64,000 nt of DNA from Takakia lepidozioides (taxonomy: Eukaryota; Plantae; Bryophyta): the NCBI GenBank assembly GCA_030704615.1, contig CM060733.1, positions 10,912,001 to 10,976,000 on the forward strand, in the 5' to 3' direction. This document shows, piece by piece, positions 10,684-24,500 of this stretch. Both the position numbers and the translations under genes were made by a program. The notes beneath the pieces are model-generated. The model had not been told where the DNA came from, made no database searches, and worked only from the letters and a program-made list of their open reading frames with translations. Position 1 is the first letter of the stretch; each line of letters begins with the position of its first letter.

Positions 10684-11929
10684 CTCCATCCGCGATATCA
10701 TTCATCTATGCCCAAAAGCAAACAGGTCGGAATCAAGCCTTTACAACCTTCCCTCACCTTCCTCTTTCCCACCCAATTTTTTTTTTTTTTTTTTTTTTTT
10801 TTTCCCGAGATTGAATTTAACGATCGATCACAATTATTTGAGAAAATTATGTTTAGGTTTCTATACTTGGTTAGTCCCGGGTCCAAGAGTTAGTCCTCCA
10901 AACTTACATGGGTTCCTTTCTTGGTCGCTAGACCAACAATCTCCTACCATAATCAATGCCCCACTTAGACGCCATGGTATTCCTAACTTCCTTGGTCTTG
11001 GTCCGTAGTGTAAAGCCAATATGACCACTAAAATGCTCTCAACCAATAGAATCATTGCATTTCGAGTTGGTCTTGGTCTTGGACCATAGTCTAAAGTGGC
11101 CCTTAGGGTTCGATATGTTGAGTCTAAAATGGGTATGATAGAAAAGCACCACCAAGGAACTAATTCATAACAGTTATCACCTCAAATAATCATACATTAA
11201 TGAATATCAACAGGCTAGTTCTCTGCCATTCTAGTGAAGTTGGCCTGCATAGGTTGATGCCTCCTGTTAGTTTGCTTGTGGGTCTCCATTGAGCTTGGGA
11301 CTCACTTGTATCGCCTTATTTTTGCATCCCTTTATCAATGCATTTCCAGGGCCACCATCCGCTGTTTCAAAAATAAAAAAAGAAGTACATTTTGGGAAAA
11401 AGAACTTTGAAAAATCTCTGCACAAAGCCCTGTAGATTGGCCTGTGGGTATCGGGTTTCAAACTTGAAAACCCTGTAAGCTGTCTCTCTCTGCCTTGGGG
11501 CTGGGGCTCTGCCCCTGTTTGCCTTCATGGCCCCGAAAAGGGGTTCATATGCCCCCCCTCAACTTGGCCCAGTTGCTGGGGCTGGTGTTCCCTTGGGGGA
11601 AAAAAAAAAAAATCTCCCAATTGGAAACCCAGGGGAAGTGAACTAGTGTGAGACCAAGTTACTAACTGCAGAACATGGACAATTTTTGTACACTTGAGAA
11701 GAGGTTTCTCTCTTGGTGATTGCCTGCAAGGCAATCTAAGAGTTGCCTCTGGACCTTGCGCTTCTCCCCTCTGCAAGGATTTTCTCTCTACTACCCAGCT
11801 CACGGCACAGTTGAGATGTGTTTATCATGGGGGGAAAGCTAGCTATTTCAAACTAACTGAATGAAAGAGCATCTACAACCAGCTCCATGCTTTCAGTGGT
11901 TATCGCAGCACTGGGGTACCCTTAGACTG

Positions 11930-12080
11930 TCGTCTACCACTACTAGAAGGACCTCGCAGCTGTGGTCTGGGCCCTCGCCCATTTCTGTCTGACCTATCCT
12001 GATCACAACAACAAACATCCACGTATACCCATGTCAGAGAATGTTGTTCACTCTCTGATCCATGCCCTGTCCTCGCTCTA
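11930..12080 (+). mobile_element. Highly degraded gypsy RNase H relic
   Basis: DLAAVVWALAHF..DH and ENVV..ALS-like peptides. Confidence 0.4.
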
Positions 12081-12509
12081 GAGATATTGACAGGATGCTT
12101 CTATTCACAAGCAGCAGTACAAAAGCTTGACAGCTGACTAATACTGGAATTAGCTAGTACTGACAAGATGAGAAAACTGGAGCCTGGAAGCACCCTTACT
12201 CCCTACTACAAAGGAAATCTAATAGAGTTGACTGTAGCTGCTGGACTCCTCCTCCTCTCTAGGATAGCACATCAACTTACATGCTAGAATAAGTGCTGGC
12301 TGTTGCCTCAGCCTTTCCCTAAATCCTCTCTGGAACCTCCTGGTGGAACCTTATGGTAGAAACTAGAAACCATCCCTAGCCTTCAAAAACTCTGTAGTCC
12401 CAATGGTTAACTAAATCTGGGCTGACTTTAAACACTGTTTACGGTTGGGAGATCAGTGCAATTGTGTGGCGCATCAGTGATTGTTGTATGTTTTGCTTCT
12501 ATCTAGAAA

Positions 12510-15500
12510 TAAGCCAACATGCCTGAAGGCTGTGGAAGCCATGCTGCTGGGCACTGCAGCAAAAACCCACATGTATACATACACCTTAAAACTCTCTACT
12601 GGTCCCACCACTGAAGCCCTCCACCCAAAGTTGTACATATGCAGGGAAGATGGCATGAGAGACTGACCTCAGCTTGAGGAGGAGAGTCACGCAATCGACT
12701 CATTATACGAGCCTGCAAGCGCTGGATCTCAACGTGCAGGCTATCGACAGCACCTGGATCGTCATCCAGCACCATTCGGAAGGGGCCTTCACCTGACGCT
12801 CGAACAGAGGTAGTGCCACTACCATCAGCAGGTCGATCCTGCTGCGTTATGTCTGTGACAGCATATCCCGGCTCTGACATGCCCACAGTGGGAGATGGCC
12901 TAGTGGTGGACACCAGTGCAAAGGAGGTCTCCCAATCCGGCTGCGATGTATCTTGTCCCTGGTAGAAAACAGTATGCAGCCCCACTGCAGCTGCATCATC
13001 TTCCTCGGCAGGCGGGTGTGGTGCTGTATCGATTTCAATTGTAGGGGAGTCCATGGGACCAGTTGTAGGTGGCCGATCATCTTGATCACGACGCATGGAG
13101 GCAAACTCATGCTGCGGTTGCTCCTCTTGTTGCACACCAGAGGAATCACGCCGCGCCCAATACGCATATGGCTTGCCTTGTCCCGATGCAGAGACAAGAC
13201 CAGACCCACCTTCATCAGAACTGGCAGAACCCTGCTGCAAGGCACTCTTAGCTTGGATGTAAGCATGCCGCATTGATTCCTTCACTTGAATGGAGTGCAA
13301 GCCACCGCGCAGGGATCCATTTCCATCCAGTTGTCCCATTGGTGTTGCTGACCAGGAACTCAAGCTTGACACAAATGTCTTGGCCTTGAGGGAGTTTTGT
13401 TCTGTTTCAGGCAGCACCACAGCAGGTATGTCATTATGATATTTCACACGCATGTCAGGCACGCCAGAGCCAGCATAAGTTTACACTTCTTGATCTCCTA
13501 CCCCCTGCTTCTGTTGATCAACCTCTTGAGTGTAAACAGCGTAACTTATCCTGCCTCCAAGGGTCTCTAGGTGTCTGGGTAGACAGCAGCCTACAGCTAA
13601 ATGGACACAGCCTGTGGTGGTCTGACTGCAGAGTCTGATATTCCCTTGGGACCTGAAGCTAGTTTAAGCAAGGCAACACTCCAACTTCAGCCAGGTGGAA
13701 CTGCAACATAGGTCATGAGATTGGTGGCTTTTTGGTTCCATGGTTTGTTTGTCACTACCTTTTGTGTTGCCTTGGGTGCCATAAATATCAATGATTCATA
13801 AGTTGTGGTTCAGTCTTCGACTTAAGTCACCCTTTGGTTCAAGTGATGAGATTCTTTTGAGCTAATCTTTTGTCCTAAGTGCTTAGCATGATGGAAAAGG
13901 AAGGGGCCAAAATAACATGAGGAGTGTGGAGGAAGGGTGGCGGGAAGCTGGGAATTGGGGGATAGAAGCAGGGCCTACCAGACATCAGCTTGATCTCATA
14001 CTCAAGCTTCCGTACTCGACTCTCCTTGGCATCTACTGCCAACTCCACATCATGTAGCTGTTGTTGAGTCTCCTGCATCTGAGGTCAGACAACACGCCTC
14101 AAGCATGAACCGCTATCCTGCACTTATGCTAATATTGCTGAAAATGCTGTCCTAATACTTACAAGGTCAAGTTGGTTGCAGGTTGCTGCCCATCAATCAT
14201 GCTTTACCTCTGCAGAGCCAGAACAGTATTTTATACCGGGGACCTAGTTTTTGCTAAAACTTGCGTACTAATGTCCACATCGAACCATTCTTTAGCATAA
14301 GAAGCATTTTTCTTTCACATGTGGATAGAACAGGGCACCTCTGTCTGCTTGCGCGATAACATCGTTTCCAGCTCTTGGATACGAGAATCGCGAGCTTCTA
14401 CAGTCTCGCACAAGGTGCAGTTGGCCACTGCTAGCTTTCGTTGCACCTCTCCGAGCTCCAGCTCTCTCCTCTGTCACCAAACCAGCCAAGCATCTTGATG
14501 TTCTGCTCTTGTGCCAGGCAAAAGTTACAGCTGTACTAAACATCACTAGCAATATCACTAGCCTTCCCAAATTCAGGCCTTTTCCAAACAGTACATAATT
14601 GGTTTATACTAAGCTCACCACTGAGTTTTTAGGCAGAAGCTTGTGGACTGTCACAGAAAAAAGATGACCAACACTGATCTGCAACTGACAACATTTTAAG
14701 AAAAAATCTCACCCGACAGTTTCCTTCCAGAGTAGCGAACTGGCTCTCCCGATCTTCCAAAAGCTTACGTAATGAGCCCGCAATTTCAAACGCACTGGTG
14801 AGTTTCTCTTGTGATTCATCTGATGCCCCTTCGAGTCTCTCTGCTGTCTCCTTCAGGGCCTGCATGCATGCTCTCAGACTTTTAAGCATAGTGCTATCTT
14901 ACATAAAAACCAGCTAACTGAAGGTTAAGAGCAACCTATCCTTCTAAGGCTGAGCACTAGGGATTCCGAAGGCGAATTGAAACCAGGATGATTTAGGAAG
15001 TTGCCAATGTATATAAAGCTTTACAGCAACATAGACAGGTGGTGGCAGATTAAGAAAACTGGTGATGACAGCCTAATGTGAGATTGAATTTGGATACGAA
15101 GGCAAAGAGACACGTGAAGGTGTTTCGTTCAGACACATTGGACTAGCACAAGCAAATTGTGGAGTCAATAATTTACATAGAAGAAAATGACTTGCAAGCC
15201 AGGCAGTGTAAACACCTTTTCATAGGAGTCAATCTGGGAAGTCTTTTCAGCCAGTTGGATCTGCAACTCCTTGAGAGCCTGCTCCAAATTCTGGATCTCC
15301 AGAGTATGATTCACCTCTCCAGCTGTATCCTCAGCATTTTTCATCTGGAGCTTCTTCTGTAAAATGATGCACAGTGCTAGATGTCAGCCCTCTTCACTCC
15401 ATGTGGGGATCAGCTATTATCAGGCGAGTAACATATGACACCCATGTTGTGTGTTGGGAAAGAGAAGAAAAGGAATTTTAATATTAGTTGTGTTGGAAAA

Positions 15501-18500
15501 CCACTGGCGTATGGTCGGGCTAGGGATTGAACCTAGGACCTCCCCCATTCCGGTGGGGTGCTCTACCACTGAGCTACCCGTCCCTTTCTGTTCTCAGAGT
15601 GCCGTGCAAGGGCTATAGCCTTGACACCTCCAACAGGTTGTGTGGACCGAAAGATACACAGAAAGATACACAGAATCTGCATGAGCAGTGAAAACTGCCC
15701 TGCTCGTGCAGATGACATTTCATCTGATCATGAAAGATGCTAGCCACCCAATTCAGCAATTTTGACGGAAGTTTATGACAATAAGACAGGCACACCTGCA
15801 AACTTTGAACCTCAAGCTCAAGCTCCTGAGAGTGAAAATGCTGTTGTTCGATTTCACCACGCATTGAGCTTTCAAGCACTGCACCATCCTCTAATGCCCG
15901 ATGTAGATCCTCTTCTTGCTTCTCCTTCTCATTGATGGTTGTCTTGAGATATGCTATCTCTGATGACATTGTATGCAGACGGTCAATGAGCTGAAGATTT
16001 TCCACATCTACCGTGGTGACCTGATGCTTCTGATCCTCAAATTGTGCCTGAAGGATACCCAATACACTGCACTTTTGAGACACTTTTTCACCCATTCAAT
16101 CTCCAACATACCTGATGCAATTGCCGAGGTGGTACTCTGTCATTCGTCTTTTCAGAACAAGCGCATATTTAGGAGGGGGAGATGTTTGAGTTTGCTGCAA
16201 ATGCTGGCGAGCATGCACCCTTTTTGGCAGAATCTATGGAGTAGAAACTGATTGTGGGGTTTTGGCTGACCCCAAAATCTGAAATTTAGCCCAGAGCAAT
16301 AAGTCAATAACACATCACAACTATGAAGGATTAGTGCACATTTTAAATTGCAATTGAAGGGGGATGTAGCTTGTCCCTCGGCTGTGTACTTGACTGTCCT
16401 TGTCCTTACAGCACTTGTCCTTCATGAGGAGTTAAGGCAGACAAGGCAATCTACCCACATGACTGGTTGGTGCTCCTCTCCCTGAATGTTAGCAATGAGG
16501 GAGACAAGGGGTTGGGGAGAAGCAAACATGAGTTGCCTTTGTAAGATAATTACATATGACAGCTGCGATACATTAGCCAAATGATGATCTGAGAGCTGCA
16601 AGAAGGAAAGGTCTGACACGATTCCGTAGTACTGAAGTTTTCATGCTTCTGCATGTATGCACTGAATCCCTCAGGGATCTAATAAAGGTGGCTGGTCTGT
16701 GGGAGCCTAAGATGAAGGGCTTGGACTTAGGGCATGCACCTTGGCAAGCAGCCCCCTCTTTCCGTCACTTTTCTTTTTCCTTGTGAAGAGGAGGGAAAGA
16801 GACAAGGTCACCGTATCAGAAACACACATTTAACCGAGGATAGATGAAGCATCTGTAAGCTCTTTCCCTTTCCTTGTTGAAAGGAGTAAAAGAGTCGAGG
16901 GCCCTGAATGAGAAACACACATCTCACCCAGGATGGAGAAGCTCTTGTAATTATACCAGTAACTTGACGTACGTTAACATCCTCCAGCCTTGGCAAGAAA
17001 GATTAACCAAACCGGATGAGAGGAAACCGAACTGGGTTGGCAGCTGTTAGAAAGACACCAATGCCATGAGCTTCCAGAGAAGGGCAGCCAGCTGGTCTGT
17101 CTCTTTCTTCCCCCTTAGATTTTTCGGGGGTGAAATCTCGGATCAAACTCATCTACGTCCAAGCAACTTCCACATGAAATGCCCAGGCAAGTGAGACACC
17201 CCAAAAACTTGCAGATACACCCGAAATCTAGAATGAAGGCCATAATTGTAAGGATTGCGATCACAATCTGACACCCAAAGCATCTAGATGTGCAGAGACA
17301 TCTGAAATAACTGCTGCCCTGACCAGACAAACACCCTGGTGCCAGCTAACCATTTTGATTCCATAGGATAAGGCGTTGACATTGAGGTGGCAAGAAGGCC
17401 ATAAGGGCAAGATGCTAATGGGTTCTCAAATCGGGGGAAACTGTCACTGTGAAGCTTATCTGGAGGACCATTTTAAACTCCTCATAACATATTGCAGTTC
17501 AAAGCAAACTATCTGAAAGTGCAGATGAGTCTAAGCCCAAACCTGGTGGAGTTCATCCAAAGACACCCCTATTCCATATTGCCCCATGGATAGCTGCATG
17601 TGGTTATCATGTCTTACATATCATGATGGGTCAGTGCAGCCACCCAAACCATAACTCCTCTTCCTTACAGGGTGTGGATCATTCAGGATGTAAGCCCCCC
17701 TGGAGCACCATGCAGGATTGCACCTGCTTTGGCCCTTGTCTTCAAATGTGATAAATAATTGGTCTTTCTTACTTTCAGACATAAATCTCTCATTTTCCTG
17801 TTTCATTAATGAGGAAAGAGGGAAACATCCCTGCTCAAACCAACAGAAACACCTCAATCTCGGAGGCACAACCATGCATTCATGGTGCAGAAAGGCATAG
17901 GCTCAACACATGCCTAAACTAGGCCTCTAAATGGCTGTCACTTAGTATGCACACAGCCAAGAACAATGATTGTTGGAGTACGAGGAATACAAAGAGTAAA
18001 CAAGCTCAAAGAGATGGTCACAGGAACAGCATGCATAGCATTGTCCATTTGCAATGCATGTGAATGCTAGAAAGACAGAAAGAAACTTTGTAAAGTCCAA
18101 TAGGGGCCCCAGGGCCCATGGGACAAAGGAGAACAACAAGAAACCAGTTCAGAAGTCATCCAACTGCGTCTTCAGACGAAGTGCACTTGTGGAGGTAGCT
18201 GCCAGGCACTTAATTAGGTCCTCAAAGCTGAAAGCTTCTGCATGCCAAGACTGGGAGTCGCCAAAGGAAGGACGAACATAGGAGTTTACTGCTTCGGACT
18301 GAATATCTACTGGAAACGTTACTGCTGGTTTTTATATCCTTGCAACTAAGGTGAGGACTGCTGGTGGGCGGGCCCTTCTTATTGTCCGGCTGCAGCTTAG
18401 GGATGCACTTCAATCCATGGCTGGTGCTGCCAGGACGGCTTGGAGGCCAGGACATAAACTTCATCGCTCCTCTAGTGGGTGTTGACAGTCTTGACAAAAC

Positions 18501-21500
18501 TCTCGCATTGCTCGGCTGAACGTGCAAGGGTAAGTTTGTACCAAAGATGCAAATCCATGCATGTTTTCTTAAGAGTCAATGAGAAGCTTTGGTCTAACTT
18601 TCTAACTTGACTTTCAGTTACCTGACCGACAAGGGCTACATTCTTGTGAGCCTTGTGAAAAAAGTGGACCTAGTCACAGTGCTATGATCTTTTGACTTCT
18701 ATATCCATAACATCCTTGATGTCCCATGTGGCAGCATCAAAAACTTCTTTCATAGCTAGCATATAGCCACAAAAACATAATGGCCTAGGTTTCAGATCCT
18801 GTGGTTCTGCTTGTACGAGAGGTATAAAGAAAATTGGCCTCTCTAAGACAACTCTATGGCAAGAAGGGAAGATTTTAGACATCACGACAGACACTGTCCT
18901 GCACTCCATATAGTATTAAAGCTGTCAGGGGCTTAGCGAGCTTGATATTTTGGTACTTTTCAGTGAAAGAGGATCCCAATGACATTTCATTCTCTTTAGA
19001 GCCTTTCCTGCTGCAATCTGAAGGATCAGCAAGGTGAGAGAAATCGAAACCAGAACATGGGGCAAGGGGTGTACAAATGCAGATTCCGTTCCTCTCTTCT
19101 CCGGAGAGGAAGATGTATAGCCATAGGGGCAGCTCTAAGCTTTCTTATAGTTGGTCTCATGTCCACAAGCAGAAGCAAGGTGAAGCCAGTGCAACTAGCC
19201 CAGATCATCTGCCTAATTGACTGCTGTAAAGGTGGTGAATTTCCACACTTGAGCTCTGAGTAATGACAGTGGTATAGCAACTACCTCATTTAGCCGCTTG
19301 CTTTCTCTGTGTCGTTTATTTCAATGCGAACTGTTGCCAAGCAAGTTCCTCAACATTGTCCTCATAAAACATAGTAAAAAGAGATAGTGAGAGAAGGTCC
19401 TTTCCGGACTTGGTTAGAGTGGCACCTGGGCTTCTACAAGATCATCGTGAAACTTAGCGTTGGCAAGTAGAAGGCCATCAAAAGTGGCATGCATCCAACT
19501 GTGTAAAGTACTGATCAGTAGTGTCCGTCGCCGCCTGATTTCCAATAAACAATCCAACTGTATTGCACGCCTCTTCCATGCCATTTGGTCCCACCACAAC
19601 CCAAGAATCCACTTTGCCATCTGAAAACAATTGATCAATACAGTCAGATTGGAGTGCACAAGAGATGATCACAACATAACAATGGTCCTTACAGTTCAAC
19701 GTCATTTAGAACCTTAAGGATATACAGCTCGGAAAGATCATCTCACGAAATATAAGAGTGCAAGGCAATGGGGTGACCTTGTGAGTCTGAACAGAGGACC
19801 ATGGGTTTTGACCTGTGTAAAAGTTTGCTGACCCCTTGACTCAACTCCAGTGTGATCCGGCAAGTCACAGAGCTCTTTTCTGGGAAGGCTTAAGTAAAAG
19901 AAGGTACAGATTTTGAGCCCTGATGGGAGAGGGAATGTTCCTTAAGACATGTAAGAAGTCTTCCCCTGAAGGCACAGCCTCTTATTGACTGACTCACTTT
20001 GGGGCCAACTAACAACAGACTGGGGGGCCTTGGTCCTCAATATAAGATGGATGGGTAATCTGTGGCATTGGCGAAGCATCAAACACTGTAAATCTATGGT
20101 AGAGCAGGAGAGTTCAGGTCATGAGACCTCTGTATGGGCAGTGAGAGAGCAGGCACCTGCAAATGTAGGAGAAGACCGTTGCGTAACAAACTTTTTAATT
20201 GATAGCATTGGTATAACCCCTGTTATAGAAGGGGTCTAATCAGCACTAACTTCTTTGCAAGGGTTGAACTGCTCTCCCGTCAGACATTAATTAATGCCAA
20301 ATTTTGGAGTAAAACTTTGGAGATCAGAATGGTTTAAGAATTATGATCCAGGTACCTTGTGGCTCTTCAACTACCGAGGCAACCTCAGCCTTCAGCCTTT
20401 GGCTGTCTGGACTGTTTGAGAGATCCAGTAGAATGAAGGTAGCAGGAAAATCATGTGTTGAAGGTTGGGCCTTTAGCTTATTAGCTTGTTCAGGCAACAA
20501 AGTGCAGCTGTGAGATTACGTGTACCAGTAAAGCCCCGAGCTCTTTGCAGATTATTTGCACGCATAAAGAGCTAGAGGCAAATGACACCAAGCGTATGTT
20601 GAGGACAGAGGTTCAAATGATTTCAGCCTTGGTTTTACTCCCTTTGAATCACAGACTTCCTACAGGTGACTTGGGATATAAAATGGCGCACTCAGCTCTT
20701 TGCCAATGAGCTTGAATACACTAAAGAGATGCCATTACGCTGTTGATATAGGGTTGCTCAATGTAGGAAGAAGACTCTTAGAACAAACCACCATGTAGGG
20801 ATTTCTGTTTCACCATCTAACTTTGAGTGCAAAATCTGGGGGGTTTCACCTTCAACATGCACGGGCCTCATGGCGATTGTTCTTTGTTCTGTCAAATAAT
20901 TGTTTAGTTTTCTTCTCTTAGTCGAGCATTGTTTGCAGAACGCTCTTTCAATTCTAATGGATCTTTCGAGCTGAACTAGTAGGCAGACAGCATAGGTTAC
21001 TTCAGTCTACTATATATGACAAAGGAGGTTAGGCCCAGTGCTTTAGCGACTGCAATTACTGCAACTGCCCAAGCAGGTATCTTCACTGTGAGTTTTCAAG
21101 AAGCCTCCGAGCTTCTGTGAGCATGAGACTGACTTTTGAGAGCAGACGAAAGAAATAGCTTACCTTCAACTCTCTCCTCTTCCTGTGTACAGATGCTTTC
21201 CTCTCCTTTTTTCTCCTGCATTTGCAAGGCCAGACAGTCACTTGCTTGCTTTTCTAGACAGGACATGGGTGAATACCACTACGTAATATGATTGCAACAG
21301 CAGTTGCATTCAGGAAGATAGTCTCTAGTTCCTTACTTGATCGAGTGGTAAACATGATGGTCTCGCCAAAAGACCATAGCTGCCCTTGTGAGTGCCTGGT
21401 TGACTTCCACAGTAGCTCTCAGCTGGGCTTTCTGGTAAGCGACATTATCCCTCCAGATCTGAATGCCCTGCTTAATGCACACAGACACATCATAGCTGCA

Positions 21501-24500
21501 CTTCACTCAGAAAGCAGGGCAAATGAGCAGACAGGATCACATCAGAGGCCAAGACCAAGACAATCACGATCAACTGAAAATTGTAGAGATACAAAGACAG
21601 CATGTTGTGCCTACAAGTGCGTCCTTTCCAAGAAGGGGAGTCATCGACAACAATGAGTTTAATCCTATTGCACGGACCTTATTTCGTAGAGAGTGAAGAT
21701 AGTGTCTAAAAGCCATTTGCTTGCTTATGCGCATGTGTCTTTTGTGTTGCACAAAGTTGCACCAGGATTTGACAACCATATGCCCCTGCCGAAATTTTCT
21801 AAAAAGCAACCCTTGCTGCATACGGAGCCTTCTATACCTCATTTCCCTCATTGCATCTCGCAGCCTGCAAAACACTGTGACCACATGAGCACATAATCTA
21901 TTGATTTAGCTACACAAGATCATCTGGCAGATGCAGCACCCCTTTCCATGCCCCTTTCCTGAGTGACGACTCCCAGTTTCCAATTTGCAACAGCATTTGC
22001 ACGACAGTAAATCTACTTGCAGTTCCACAGGATGGACACTGCTGCAGTATGGAAGCTTCAGAGACATGAAGCATCATGTTGCCCTTGAAAATATTGGCCC
22101 TAACTACCAGCCAGTTGGATGGAGGGAGAGCAAACTCAGACCTGTATAATGTGCGTTTGCGATTCCACTGCTTGTCCTGAATGCAGGCCTGCTCAAACTT
22201 CATGCGACGAACCCATTTGATGTGGACAAGACATCGCCAGGCAGAGACAGCTTGCTTGCAAGTCATCTTATTGATGTGGGCTTGAACAGCTGCCAGTTTC
22301 TTCTTCTTAGGCCTTGCCCAACACTTCAACCATTGCACCCATCTCTTAAACACACGCCTGCATAAAATGCGACTACTGTGTTTATTGGCAACAATGGTGA
22401 GGCTGCGCTCATCATTGTCACTTAGCCTCCAACTCCTGAGAGTCCTTTGCCATTGGGCCAGGGTCTTTCGCATGCACTTGTGATTCCAGTGGTTGGTGGC
22501 AGTGAGGAGTCGCTCAGGATTCCCACGCTCTCTAATAACATAGGCCACCCAGGAATGTATGCTGTGGGTGGCACGTGCTGCAGCTTGCCGTTCCAGTGCT
22601 GCCTCACACTTGCGTTGGGCTACTGCAGACAATCGCCATGCTCTCCAACATTCCTGCAGGCAAGCCTGCCAACCTCACAGAAGTTCTTTGTTATTGCCAA
22701 GGATAGATCCAGCAACATATTGCAGTCTCAAGGAGTACAGTCCAGGAAAACAAGAAACACTTTTTGGTGGCAACAGATGGCCTTTCACTTCTGAAGATGT
22801 CGGTACAAGACAGTCAAATACAAATTAAGGCTAGTCACCTGAGAATGACGCTTGAAGGCAAGACGTATTTGGCATGCACGATTTGTGGCTAAATGTAGGG
22901 CCCGAATTCCACGCATACAACACTTTGACTTGTAGAATTTGAGAGCGGTCATGTTATTGGCTGCATCGATGCACTGCTCCCTAATTCCCTCTTGAAATCT
23001 TACAAAAAAACGGCAGATGAGTGCCCTCTTGCCCATCTTTTCAACCTTTTGGTCCATCTGCTCCTGTTGCCACACACAACCTCAGCTGTCAGATGTTCTG
23101 GTTAAAGAACACCTCGTGCCACAAGCCATGATGAAGCACATTGTTGTTTGTGACAACTTATGCTCATTCACCTACCACGGCTTCATGCAGCATTCTATTC
23201 TTCAAGGGTCCTGCAACGCCCAGTCTTTGTGTTATTTTGCTAATCGCTCATATACAAATGATGGTTTGTGAAAATCAAGACCAAAGCTGTATAGTTTTAG
23301 GCACAAAGGTGTTGGTTACCTTTATTTGGTTCTACAAAGCAAGTGGTGGTTGCAGGGTAAACCTCGTCGTCAGAATCATAAGGGATCCTTCTTATATGAT
23401 CAGATTGAAATCTCTGGTTATTCCTGTAAAAAATTGCAATCGCCCCTCCGGTCTTACTTGATCCCGGAGTAATAGAGGTATGCAACGGTAGGCTCAAGCT
23501 CATAGAGCTGACTTAACGCATCTCTCAACAAACTGGATGGTGTGTCTGGTGTGTAACCTTAGAAATGAGGCTCCGAAGCTCATTGCTGTACTCCTCAGCT
23601 TTCTTTTTCAAGTACTCTGCTTCTTCAGAAAAGCTCTGCAGCTGTTCTTCAAGTTTCTTCTTGACTACCAATGTGTCACTCAGTTCTGCCTGCAATACCA
23701 AGATGCCACCATGGGATTTAATTTAATCATATACCAAAATGACGCAAGAATCTTCATTTCAAATCAGTTCTATACCGTAGAGCCAATTGTAACTTAACGT
23801 AAGAGCAAACCACTTGACCGACACTGTAAGTTTGCCTTTACAAATTAGCAAAGTAGAAATGTCTTGAGTGCTTGCCCAACATAGCAAGGATGAAAATAAA
23901 AGAGAAGGGGAGCTTCAGGATCTTATTCTTCAGGTTTTAGGGTATCTCCCTGAAGAAAAATGGGCAACAGCAGATACTGAGACAAACTGTGAAACGGCCG
24001 AATGTCAAAACCTTTGTAAAACTCAGCAGACAGGACAGTGTTTTTTTCTGATTAGTCCATTGAGATATTATGCTAAAGCATCACTATGACAAGAGAAGGA
24101 GAAGGTAGTCATGATCCAGCAATGACCTGTAGGCCAACTACTCGATTTTGGGCCTCTGACCGTCCACGCAGGTCGTCAGACATACTGTTGATGCGGGCCT
24201 GCAGGGTGCTACGCTCTGACTCAAACTCCAGCACTCGCTTGTGCAGGACACTCTCCAACTCTTTCTTCTCTTTCTCAAGTGACGTGGCCCTGCGGACATT
24301 GTAAGTTCAGTAGCAGTACCTGCCACACATATGAAGCGGTGGAGAGCAAAATGCACTCATCCTATCTATCTACCTACATGCAGTCTGACTCTGTCTTAGC
24401 TTCAAAGAGCGTTCTTAGACATTGGTGATTCAATGGGGCGCTCTAGGAAGACAACCAAGGGCAACAACTTCAACTTGAGAGTTTCTAATCGGTTTGATGC

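Larger units (their letters stand above)
1883..11102. mobile_element. Second Tourist-like MITE (halves 1883-2066 and ~10700-11102) interrupted by a gypsy element
   Basis: Left end GGGCCCCTTCAGACTACGGATCAAGACCAAG versus reverse complement of right end GGGCCACTTTAGACTATGGTCCAAGACCAAG; TTA TSD at 1880-1882 and 11103-11105. Confidence 0.75.

Noticed and set aside
10777-10803. Poly-T run as a retro-tail
   Set aside because: No TSD or recognisable body; treated as a homopolymer
15512-15583. Functional tRNA-Ser(GGA)
   Set aside because: No long variable arm, C33, acceptor and anticodon-stem mismatches
23100-23510. Extra mini-exons of the Sfi1-like gene
   Set aside because: Would need 34-50 bp introns; the flanking exons already join in phase
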